A DNA stretch of 62,989 bases, the filler included, from Octopus bimaculoides (lineage: Eukaryota), in NCBI RefSeq assembly GCF_001194135.2. It is 14 parts of 13 records of this genome, joined end to end, with 100 filler letters (N's around TTAATTAATTAA, not from the genome) between each part and the next. Parts side by side here need not be neighbours in the genome. Positions count along the whole stretch, not along the records: positions 50,617 to 53,493 come from NC_068985.1; positions 53,594 to 55,429 come from NC_069004.1; positions 55,530 to 57,371 come from NW_026317258.1; positions 57,472 to 58,780 come from NW_026308042.1; positions 58,881 to 60,992 come from NW_026387367.1; positions 61,093 to 62,989 come from NC_068999.1; 8 more parts are not named here. One strand, given 5' to 3'. Below, piece after piece: positions 52,545 through 62,989 of the stretch. Each line of letters begins with the position of its first letter. The first letter of the stretch is position 1. The translations under genes and the position numbers were made by a program. The notes under the pieces were generated by a model. The model was not told the origin of the DNA, searched no databases, and saw only the letters and a list, made by a program, of their open reading frames with translations.

Positions 52545-52732
52545 CGGACATGTTTGTGAAGTTACTGTTAGTGGTAGCTGTTGGTGACAGTGGTGAAGAT
52601 ACTAATATATTGATGGTGTTAATTGTGTTGGTGCTGGTAGTATTAAGGTCATGGCTGAATTATTGGGGTACTGGTTGTAATATTAGGGTACTGACGGTAA
52701 TTCTGCTTGTTTTGTTGTTGGTAATGGTAGCA

Positions 52733-53050
52733 GGTGCATGGCTTAATGGTTAGGGTACTCGGCTCATGATCATAGGGTCCTCAGTTCGAAAACCAGCGGC
52801 ACGTTGTGTCTTTGAGCAAGATACTTTATTTCACATTGTTCCCATCTACTCAGCAGGCAAAACATGAGCAGTACCTGTATTTCAAAGGGCCAGCCCTGTC
52901 ACACTCTGTATCACGCTGAATCTCCCTGAGAACTTCGTCGAGGGTAAGCGTGTCTGTGGAGTGCTCAGCCATTTGCACGTTAATTTTCACGAGCAGGCTG
53001 TTCCGTTGATCGGATCAGGTAAAACCCCCATCGTCGAAACCGACGGAGTG
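52733..53050 (+). mobile_element. SINE family C, CpG-rich copy
   Basis: Full-length match to the 36017-36334 copy. Confidence 0.85.
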
Positions 53051-54023
53051 CTAGTTATAACTGGTAGTAATGTAGAGGCGGTGGTGGTTGTGGTGGAAAT
53101 GTTGCTGGTGGTGGAGGAGGCAGTTGTAGTGGTAATAAGTGTAAACTAGTAGTGGTGGTGCTAGTAGTAAGACTGTTAGCGCAGTAGCGGTAGTGGTGAT
53201 GTGAATGCATTGGTGTTAAAACATAAGAGTTGGATGTCTGATGTTTAGCTTTCCTGCAGATTTTCTCCCCTGTTAAAATAAAAGAAGTCCAATAATATCT
53301 TCAGAACATCCCCTTAACTTTGGTCTTTTGCTCTAGAAATGCTCATAAAAACGCGGAAACACAAACGTGCGCACATACATAAGTACGCTCCTAGAAAAAT
53401 ACACACACAGATACACGTATATATTTATATACATATACTTGTTTATGTATGTGTATATGCATACATAGATGCATATATATATATATATATATANNNNNNN
53501 NNNNNNNNNNNNNNNNNNNNNNNNNNNNNNNNNNNNNTTAATTAATTAANNNNNNNNNNNNNNNNNNNNNNNNNNNNNNNNNNNNNNNNNNNNTTACCAC
53601 CACAGCTACTATCATTACCACCACAGCCACTACCACCACAGCTACTATCATTACCACCACAGCCACTACCACCACAGCCACCACCACCACAGCTACTATC
53701 ATTACCACCACCACAACCGCTACCACCACAGCTGCCACCACCACAGCCGCCACCAGCACCACCAACACAGCCACCACTATCTGTGCCACTAGCACCACCA
53801 TCACCAGCATCATTATATATGTCTTTCCATAGGTTAGATGGCTTCAATGTCACCTAACACAGCATCTACCCAAGCTAGCATTGGGAGTGGGGTGGGGTCA
53901 GTCACCAATAGTTTTAAACTGGGGATAGTTTTACCTCTTTGAGTTTGTTATCTTTGTTGTTTGCTGCTGACATGCCTTTTTTTTTTTTTTTTTTTNNNNN
54001 NNNNNTCACTCCTTGTTTTCCAG

Positions 54024-54119
54024 CCAAGTGGTCTGCTGTCCTACCTGGACTCACCTGACGAGGTACCAACTATTGAAGAGGACAAACTACACGTTAGAGA
54101 CAATGTAAAGCTGGCTCAG
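54024..54119 (+). CDS. DNAJC13: Internal coding exon of a DNAJC13/RME-8 homolog
   Basis: CTGAC branch-like site at 53967, poly-T, TTTTCCAG acceptor, 96 nt and a CAG|GTGAGA donor. Only one frame is open: PSGLLSYLDSPDEVPTIEEDKLHVRDNVKLAQ. It aligns ungapped to my recollection of human DNAJC13 [32 protein letters not shown]. Confidence 0.88.
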
Positions 54120-54330
54120 GTGAGAATTGTTTCGTCTTAAACCCTTTCCTTACCATATTCCTAGTGAAAGACATGACCCTTGTTTCAACTAATTAGGAAT
54201 ATTATAAAGAATTTAATTAACTAATTTTGTCGTTATCAAACCACTGTAACAACACCTGAATATATTGCACATACCTTAACGAGCTGCACCCTGCTACAAT
54301 TTTCCTTGATGTACTGTACCCAACAGTAAA

Positions 54331-54647
54331 GGTGCATGGCTTAATGGTTAGGTTATTCGGCTCACGATTGTGAGGTCATGAGTTCAATTTCTGGTGACAC
54401 GTATCCTTGAGCAAGACACTTTATTTCACATTGCTCCAGTCCACTCACCTGGCAAAAATGAGTTGTACCTGTAATTTAAAAGGGCCAGCCTTGTCATGCT
54501 CTGTGTCGCACTGAATCTCTTTGAGAACTACATTAAAGGTAAACATGTCTGTGGAGTACTCAGCCACTTGCATGTTAATTTCATGAGCAGGCTGTTCTGT
54601 TCGTCAGATCAACTGGATCCCTTGTCATCATAACTGACAGAGTGCCA
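54331..54647 (+). mobile_element. SINE family C, CpG-depleted copy
   Basis: Full length, with consensus CpGs converted to TG/CA. Confidence 0.85.
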
Positions 54648-54679
54648 CTGTACCCAGCAGCAGCCACATTTTAAGGGAT

Positions 54680-54830
54680 TACTCTTTTCAGTCATTTTGA
54701 CTGCGGCCATGCTGGAGCACTGCCTTTAGTCGAGCAAATCGACACCAGGACATATTCTTTGTAAGCCTAGTATTTATTCTATCGGTCTCTTTTGCCGAAC
54801 TGCAAAGTTACAGGGACGTAAACACACTGA
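54680..54830 (-). mobile_element. SINE family B, 3' part
   Basis: TTTCAGTCATTTTGACTGCGGCCATGCTGGAGCAC...GTAAGCCTAGTA...TTTTGCCGAAC. Confidence 0.8.
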
Positions 54831-55682
54831 TGTGTTGCATTCTACTGCTGTGAGACCTGTGTCTTGGTTTGTTCCACCCACCATTCTTGGAATCTTTGTA
54901 AATTCCATGACACAGTTCTTTCTTCTCTGATTAAATACCATAAAAGGAAAAGGAAAAGCAAGAGGTGCTATACAAAGAAGCTGTTGTAGTTTTGGTTGGA
55001 GAGGCTAAGAGCAGACACAGAATATTTGTGGTAGCAATGGTTGGAGTGTGTTTGGTGAGTGAGGTTTGTCATATGGCTGGGACCGCATGGTTTTTTTTGG
55101 GGATGTGGGTCTATGGTCTTTGTACGTAGAAGCAATGCTGTCCCAGATATATGAGCAATGTTGTAATGAGGTCTAGGGTGGTTTTGTGTGAGTGTGTCCG
55201 TGTGTAGCAGCTGCGCTGTCACAGATACGTGAGTAGTACTGTAATGTGGGGCTTGTATGTATGTAGGTAACAGCTGTAATGTCCTGGATATATGTGAACA
55301 GTGTTTGCATAGTGGATCTGGGATGCCCGTTGTGTGTGTGTGTGTGTGTGTAACAGCTGCTGTGTTGTCTTAGCTATGTGAATATTATTGTAATTTGGGT
55401 CTATGATCTATCATACTTACCTCTTTGTGNNNNNNNNNNNNNNNNNNNNNNNNNNNNNNNNNNNNNNNNNNNNTTAATTAATTAANNNNNNNNNNNNNNN
55501 NNNNNNNNNNNNNNNNNNNNNNNNNNNNNATTCATATTCATATGCCAACATACATATGTACATTCAAACACGCATACATACATACATACTTGCATACATG
55601 CATACATACATACATACATGCATACATACAAACATGCTCTTAGATTGGAGTAATCTATAGATTTATAATATCTTACAAAGGA

Positions 55683-55905
55683 AAGGCGCCGAGCTGGCAG
55701 AAACGTTAGCACGCAGGGCGAAAGGTTTAGCTGTATTTCGTCTATCTTTACGTTCTGAGTTCAAATTCCACCGAGATCGAACTTTGCCTTTCATACTTTC
55801 GGGGTCGATAAATTAAGTACCAGTTGCTTACTGTGAACGGTCTAATCGAGTGGACCCCACCACCCCAAAAAAAAAATGTTCGGGCCTTGTGCGTAGAGTA
55901 GTAAA
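55683..55905 (+). mobile_element. SINE family A, CpG-rich copy
   Basis: Full-length match to family A. Confidence 0.85.
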
Positions 55906-56267
55906 GAATATCTTATGGAAGAATTTATCTCACTGCATTCGAGAAGGGAGGAAACATCACTATGTATATCCTACACAAAACATCGGGGCTTAAATTTAGC
56001 CATTTAAAAATTAAAACGGACGACCTAGCTGCAACATGACTTTCTCTGAGACAATGTCCCCGAGATATCATCTTTCCTCACGGTATGTTGTATTAACCAG
56101 GAGAATCTGCAATAGAGTAAGAAAGGAAGAAGTAACAAAAAGTCAAAATGAATGCATTGAGGCCGTTGGGCCCAAAGAAATGTCGATGGAGCTTAAAAAT
56201 ATTAGCCCTGTTTAAATTAAAATACGGCGCATATATATATATATATATGAATATACAGACATGTACA

Positions 56268-56301
<34 letters not shown>

Positions 56302-56401
56302 GTATGTATATATATATCTGCAGATGTGTGTATGTATGTATGTATATGTATGTGTGTGTATACTTTCGTATGCATATACATATACATATATATGTATATG
56401 T

Positions 56402-56527
56402 TACATACATACAAAATTAATAGGAATGACTGGAAAAGTGGACACCTAATGTGCTAAACATAGACGCCAATGTTTACCATATTAGGTGTCCACTTTAGTG
56501 GTCATTTCTCTTAATTTTGTACGTAAC
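56402..56527. mobile_element. Short hairpin/MITE-like inverted repeat
   Basis: About 50-bp imperfect arms with a perfect 16-bp core (56435-56450 versus 56481-56496). A related single arm and downstream sequence occur at ~60155-60215 and ~60345-60405. Confidence 0.55.
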
Positions 56528-56961
56528 ACAATTTTTAATCTTCGGATTTTTTATAAATATGCTAACCCACTGGATTTAATTGATTAATATCAATTTCTAC
56601 CTTTATTATTTAATTTTATATATGTATGTGTATGTGTGTGTATATATATATATATATNNNNNNNNNNNNNNNNNNNNNNNNNNNNNNNNNNNNNNNNNNN
56701 NNNNNNNNNNNNNNNNNNNNNNNNNNNNNNNNNNNNNNNNNNNNNNNNNNNNNNNNNNNNNNNNNNNNNNNNNNNNNNNNNNNNNNNNNNNNNNNNNNNA
56801 CATATATATAAAAATATATGCGCGCGTGTGTGTGTGTGTCAGTCCCACTATGAAATGTTGTTGCGCAACGCTGGACACAATGTCTCCTCGCATTGTTACA
56901 GCTTTCAAATGACACGGTCAGGTCAATGTATATGCACACACACACGCATGCACACACACAT

Positions 56962-57000
<39 letters not shown>

Positions 57001-57471
57001 TACACACACACACACATAATATATACATGCACAGATATATACAGAAAACACTTATACATCAAGTATCCATGTATGCATCAATGCAGGTATCCATCCATAC
57101 AGTACGAATTTATACAGGTAAACACTTTCAAGTAAAATTGAAGGACTACTCAATAATGCTTAGTAGAATACATATTTATTGCTACGTTTAGTACTGAAAC
57201 GGTTGACAATCAATTCGAAGTTAAGGCTTCTTATCAGACAGTCTAATAATTATTTCCATCAGGTCGAAATTTCGAAGCCACGGCTAATATTTTCATTGTG
57301 GAAAAATATATGTTGACTTATACATATAAACACATCATTATACTTATTCATATATATACATATATATATATNNNNNNNNNNNNNNNNNNNNNNNNNNNNN
57401 NNNNNNNNNNNNNNNTTAATTAATTAANNNNNNNNNNNNNNNNNNNNNNNNNNNNNNNNNNNNNNNNNNNN

Positions 57472-58000
57472 AGAGTTTAATGAGATAACTAATCCAAAGT
57501 AAGGAAACCTTACTAGTAACAGTTATGAACGAGAGATTATTGAGAGCCGAGAAAAATGAGAAAACAAAAGAAGTACAAAAAAGACATAAAGTAGAATTAT
57601 GCATGAAGGGAATATACAATCAATTCCATGTAACCACAACAGAAGTTGCTGGAAAGAATAGGTGGGGTTGTGGCTGATGAAAAGAAACCTAAAAAGAAGA
57701 GACCAAGAGCACTATATGGCAGNNNNNNNNNNCTGATGAAAAGAAACCTAAAAAGAAGAGACCAAGAGCACTATATGGCAGCGCAGGACCAAGCTTTGAT
57801 CACGATCTGGAGGGTCAATCTGAGGAATGAGAAAGTGTCTCCGTGGTGCCGCATCTGCAATAGGGTGGATGAAACCATTGCCCATAACACAAACGAATGT
57901 CCTAGACTTGCCCAAAATCACTACTAGTTGTGACGATACGACCACATAGCGAAAGCAGTCATTGGAAACTGTAGGAAAAGTGGAGGCTAGAGATTAGTAA
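57472..58000 (+). mobile_element. Dong/R4-type LINE CCHC region fragment
   Basis: AAQDQAL..WCRICNRVDETIAHNTNECPRLAQNHY..YDHIAKAV. Confidence 0.8.
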
Positions 58001-58029
58001 AGTGAAATACTCTCCGAACCAACTATAAA

Positions 58030-58670
58030 CACCAAGGCAGCTGAAGATCAAATAGATGAAGAAAGTCACAGAGAAATTGACCCAACTAAACTAGATGATC
58101 TAAAAATTAAATCATGATTGAATGGTTGAAAATTAAAGAAACCAGTATGAACGAACATGACACTCTCCTAAAAGTTTTAAGCTCTAACCAAAATCTGAAA
58201 GTAATTTGTAAAATCTGCCTTGCAATTAAGGATATAATTTCAGCTAATTATGTTGCTATCACAGATCTCAACCACATCTACTGTGCATCCGCGAAGATCT
58301 CAACATTTCTATGTGGCGAAAAGATTAGAAAACGACAATATTCCACAAAAGGCTTACTTGGCAAGAGCGTATTCTACACCAAATTCAGCTATTTAGGTCC
58401 GACATAGAATATTTAAAATAACTTAAGTTTGAGAAGTCTATCAAAGCAACAAAAATCTGGTTGTAAAGATCAGCTGCTCATTAATAAGATGATCTTGAAA
58501 GATTGTCACAAGCGACACAAGAATTTGTCGATAATCTGGATAGATTATAAAAATGCTTTTGATAGTCTACCACACAGCTGGATTAAGAAATGTCTGAAAA
58601 TATATAAAATAGCACCCACTCTGCAGAACTTCTTGTCTGTAAGTATGAGATCATGTAGAACCGCACTGAC
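58030..58670 (+). mobile_element. Dong/R4-type LINE N-terminal and RT fragments
   Basis: GCKDQLLINKMIL..WIDYKNAFDSLPHSWI at 58450-58670. Confidence 0.8.
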
Positions 58671-58735
58671 TTTGCTTCCTTATTCATATGACTGTCGCAA
58701 ATGACCTTAATGCATCTGCCAAGACCTACCAAAAA

Positions 58736-58780
<45 letters not shown>

Positions 58781-58880
58781 NNNNNNNNNNNNNNNNNNNN
58801 NNNNNNNNNNNNNNNNNNNNNNNNTTAATTAATTAANNNNNNNNNNNNNNNNNNNNNNNNNNNNNNNNNNNNNNNNNNNN

Positions 58881-58914
<34 letters not shown>

Positions 58915-59541
58915 TATGCATATATAAACATCATGTACATGCCTAAATATACATATATATGTAGGCATGTACATGTATGTGTGTATATATACATATATAT
59001 ATATATATATTATTTATAGTATTATATGATCAGACGCCACGCATCCATTTCCATATATATATATATATATATATGGTTTAGAGTTACTGAAGATTCAACA
59101 ATTACTGATTTTCCATGTTTTATTTTTAATTTTTGTATAATTTAACTCGTATAAATTAAAATGCTTCGCAGCTTCTACCGAAATTTTTCAGTTTTGATGC
59201 TGATTTAGCATTCCAATTCTTTTTTGAGAGAAAAGGAATTTTCCGACGTTTGAAACGTTGTTATTTTCGAAAATATTTTACAAAATATTAAAACGTAATT
59301 CTAACTTCACTATCGAAGAAGTTAGATGAAAATAAAGCAAATAGAAAATGAAAAACGTAAAAACTAAACGAGATCGACGAAGTGGTGTTCCTGTCTATGT
59401 AAAGAAAAGATAAAATAAAAAGAAAGCAAACAAAAACCAAACCGGAAAAAATAGACTCAAACGAAAGTCGTATTAAAAGTGAAACTATGCAAAGCGAGGA
59501 TAGAATGAATGAAGGAAGGAAGGAATGAGTGTGTGTGTGTA

Positions 59542-59572
<31 letters not shown>

Positions 59573-59800
59573 ATGTATGTGCGTGTGTGTGTATATGTGT
59601 GTGTGTGGGAATGTATGTGCGTGTGTGTATATGTATGTGTATATATGTGTATGTGTGTGTGTGTCTGTCTGTATGTATGTATGCGTGTGTATATGTATGC
59701 ATGTATGTATGTATATATGTATGCGTGTGTTTATGTATGCATGTTTGTATGTATGTGTGTATGTATGTATGTATGTATGTATGCATGCATGCATTTATGC

Positions 59801-60040
59801 CTCTGTGTGGTAAGAAGTTTGCTTTTCATTACAGGGTTCCGGTTTCAGTCCTACTGCCTGGCACTTTGGGCAAGTATCTTCCACTATAGCCTCAGACAGT
59901 GAGCGATTTGGTAGACGGAAACCCCGACAGAATAAGGACTAGGCTTACAAAGAATAAGCACTGGGGTTGATTTCTTCGACTAAAACCCTTTAAGGTGGTG
60001 CTCCAGCATGGCTGCAGTTAAATGACTGAAACATGTAAAG
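59801..60040 (+). mobile_element. SINE family B with an internal deletion
   Basis: The head and CORE-like segment are joined directly to the 3' part. Confidence 0.75.
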
Positions 60041-60061
60041 GAATAAAAGAATACAAACATA

Positions 60062-60093
<32 letters not shown>

Positions 60094-60960
60094 AGTGAGT
60101 GAGTGAGTGAGTGAGTGAGTGCGTGACTCTTTACTCCAATACACCATAATTATATTACATACAAAAATAAGAGGAATGACCAGCAAAAGTGGACTCCTAT
60201 ATGCTAGAAATAGATGCCGAATCATCTAACCACGAAAAAAATATATGTTCTCAGTAAAAATTTAGCGACACAACAGACTGTAAAAGGGCAAGACAAATGA
60301 AAAAATACTAAATAAAAAAAACGATTAACCTACGTACCATGGTTTCACCTGATTTTTTTTTAATATGCTAAACCACTGGTTTTAATTGATTAATATCATT
60401 TTCTACCCTCATTAATAAATCCAATACACCGTAAGATAGACAAAGGTTTGTAATACGAGTATTCTATTAGGATATAATCAATGTTTTCGAGAGATTAGGG
60501 GATTACCTATTATACAGAAACTTTATAAAACAGTTTTATAGGAGATTGGATTAAGCAACATTTAATAAACCCATCCGGTTGTTTGAATATTAAAAAAATA
60601 CAACCCGATAGTCACTATAACGATTCTAGAGGGAATTTACTAGAGATGGTTTCCTGTTCTTCTGTCCCAGGACATGCCAAGCTTTTCTTTTTTCTTTCAG
60701 ACCAGCACTGGAAAGCAAGGAAGGGTTTTTTCATCAGTTCTATAGTTGTATAGTTCCGTTTCTTTTATGCAGCAATGAACTGTAAACTCCCTATAGTACC
60801 TATTTACAATTAAACGAACTGAGCAATTAAGAATTTAATGTTTTTGCCAGGACTATTTTAATGCACAGCATGTGGCAGGGCACGAAACGTGGATCCTTCG
60901 GCCGGCAGACCAACAGATTAACTTGGTTAGCCACAATTCTTAGAAGAACTCTGGGAATAG

Positions 60961-60992
<32 letters not shown>

Positions 60993-61414
60993 NNNNNNNN
61001 NNNNNNNNNNNNNNNNNNNNNNNNNNNNNNNNNNNNTTAATTAATTAANNNNNNNNNNNNNNNNNNNNNNNNNNNNNNNNNNNNNNNNNNNNTCTTTCTC
61101 TCACCACCTACTTTCTTCTACAGACTTCACTTTGCTTTCTTTTTCTAATATTTCTAATCCACAACCCACATCTGTTTCTCTTCCACTCTTACAGTCTCTT
61201 CACATACTTGGAATTGGTATTCTTCTCTTCTTACTAAAGATAACAATCTAGAAAGGAAATTACAGACTTCCACATTTTACTGTCATTCAGGCTGTTAAAG
61301 AATAAAGAAATGGAACAAGTAGATATAAGAACTTACACATACATGGAAAGATACCCATATATATGTATGTATATGCATGTGTATATGTATGTGTGTGTGC
61401 ACACACACACATAT

Positions 61415-61449
<35 letters not shown>

Positions 61450-62164
61450 TTCATGCTTACACATATACATATATATGTAGCAGGCTGGATGTGATGTGCC
61501 ATATAAATTCAATATGATGTAGCCCACTACTAAATGTAGCATATAGATGTAATGCTTGAAGGTACTCACGTCGGAGTACCAGTAGACATCGAAGAATTAA
61601 CACCAAGAAGGAAGAAATGTTATTTACATATGTTTATTCGTTGCCTGACAGGTTAAAGAGACTATAGCAATTCTAGTGATAGTGACAACAAGGATGGCTC
61701 ACTGGTTAGTTGTTGATAATGTAGAAAAAGATTGTCAGTAGAGAATGAAAGAGTAAGGAATGCATGGTGCTGACAAGAAAGAAAGAAAGGATAAAGGTGG
61801 CATCACCTTTCTTGCAGCTGAAAGCCTCTCTTCACATGCTGAGCAAAGGGCAAAGGGAAGTGCTCCTCTTGGTTATGGCTGATGCAAAGCGGGTGTTGCT
61901 CCTTGGTCTGGCTGACACAAAATAGGAAGTAATAGAAAATTCTTTCTGTTATATAGACTATGGTCAGAAATGTAGGTCAAACCTTAAACAAAGGACTGAC
62001 CTTTCCTTGACCAGTACAGGTTCTAAGGGGTGAAGCGTTTCCTCATCAATCATCTGGTGTGGAGAGGATTTCCCACTCGTTTTGACAAGAAACACACTGG
62101 TGGATTTGGTTTCAAATCTCAGGCAGGGTCAAGCTAGATCCTTACATATATATTCTATTCTACT

Positions 62165-62367
62165 CTAGGCACAAGGTCCCAAATTTTTGGGGAGGAGGCC
62201 AGTTGATTAGATCGACTCCAGTATGCAACTGGTACTTAATTTATCAACCCGAAAGGATGAAAGACAAAGCTGACCTTGATGGAATTTGAACTCAGAACGT
62301 AAAGGCAGACGAAATACTGCTAAGCATTTCGCCCAGTGTGCTCATGTTTCTGCCAGTTCGCTGCCTT
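62165..62367 (-). mobile_element. SINE family A, CpG-depleted copy
   Basis: Full-length reverse-complement match with ATCAACC, GCTGACCTTGATGG, ACTGCTAAG and CCCAGTGTG at CpG sites. Confidence 0.8.
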
Positions 62368-62580
62368 ACATATGCATATATATTACAGATTTACTGTTTA
62401 GCAATGAAATTATGACTTCACTAAGTCAAAGAAGCCATTAAATAAGTGAACACAGTTTCTTTCCTAAAGCATTAATTCTGTAAAATATAACTATTTGACA
62501 GTAGATCTCTGAAAAGATAGAAAGAGGACTCTATAAGTCTTTGATTCAAGAAATTTCCTACAAATAGGCATACACACTCA

Positions 62581-62621
<41 letters not shown>

Positions 62622-62864
62622 CACAACGGATATATAAGCATGTATACACACATATATGTACATACTTACATCTACATGTGTATATAGATGCATATTCGGG
62701 TACAGGACGTTAGAAAAATGAACTAAAGACAACGGAACGAACACATAGAAAAACAAATAGCCACTTCGATTAATTCTTCATCAGCTGCCTCTATTTTAAA
62801 CTAGGCATTTCGAAGATAAGGCAGGACGCACTCTTAGAATAGTTTCTTCCTGAGTAGTGGATCA

Positions 62865-62968
62865 GTTCCATAGCGTGGCACCTTGGGCAAGTGTCTTCTG
62901 CTATAGCCACAGACTGACCAAAGCCTTGTGAGTGGATTTGGTAGACGGAAACTGAAAGTAGCCCATCG
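62865..62968 (+). mobile_element. SINE family B, partial
   Basis: GCGTGGCACCTTGGGCAAGTGTCTTCTGCTATAG...GGATTTGGTAGACGGAAACTG. Confidence 0.8.
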
Positions 62969-62989
62969 TATATATATATATATATATAT

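Larger units (their letters stand above)
24770..61092. other. Thirteen 100-bp scaffolding gaps (44 N + TTAATTAATTAA + 44 N)
   Basis: Gaps start at 24770, 31731, 34454, 36988, 39471, 42011, 48931, 50517, 53494, 55430, 57372, 58781 and 60993. Confidence 0.95.

Noticed and set aside
57675-57770. CTGATGAAAAGAAAC... repeated across a 10-N gap, hammerhead-like at first sight
   Set aside because: It is an overlap artefact within Dong coding sequence, with no helix II between CTGATGA and GAAA.
60700-60760. Strong polypyrimidine-CAG acceptor as a possible next DNAJC13 exon
   Set aside because: The frame required after a phase-0 donor stops quickly and does not resemble DNAJC13. There is no donor.

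Overview
This is fragmented, repeat-dominated animal genomic DNA. The SINE, LINE and microsatellite complement looks like an octopus genome (my inference from recalled repeats, not a search result). It is broken by 13 exactly 100-bp gaps carrying a TTAATTAATTAA spacer, plus other N-runs. I can support only one host-gene exon: a 96-bp DNAJC13/RME-8 exon at 54024-54119 (+). The rest is mostly mobile DNA: at least four tRNA-derived SINE families, many truncated Dong/R4-type LINEs bounded by (TAA)n tracts, Tx1/L1-type LINE remnants, a nearly intact mariner transposase, a rearranged pogo/Tigger relic, a Penelope-like RT-thumb/GIY-YIG ORF and MITE-like hairpins. The most interesting structure is at 13750-15543: two inverted copies of a minimal hammerhead-ribozyme motif (CUGAUGA...GAAACGUU). 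One copy appears to belong to an element with a tRNA-like B-box and an internal (AAT)n tract, and the other abuts the Penelope-like ORF. SINE copies also show sharply different CpG decay between adjacent contigs, most clearly around the DNAJC13 exon. Most of the supplied ORF track is microsatellite or N-run noise.
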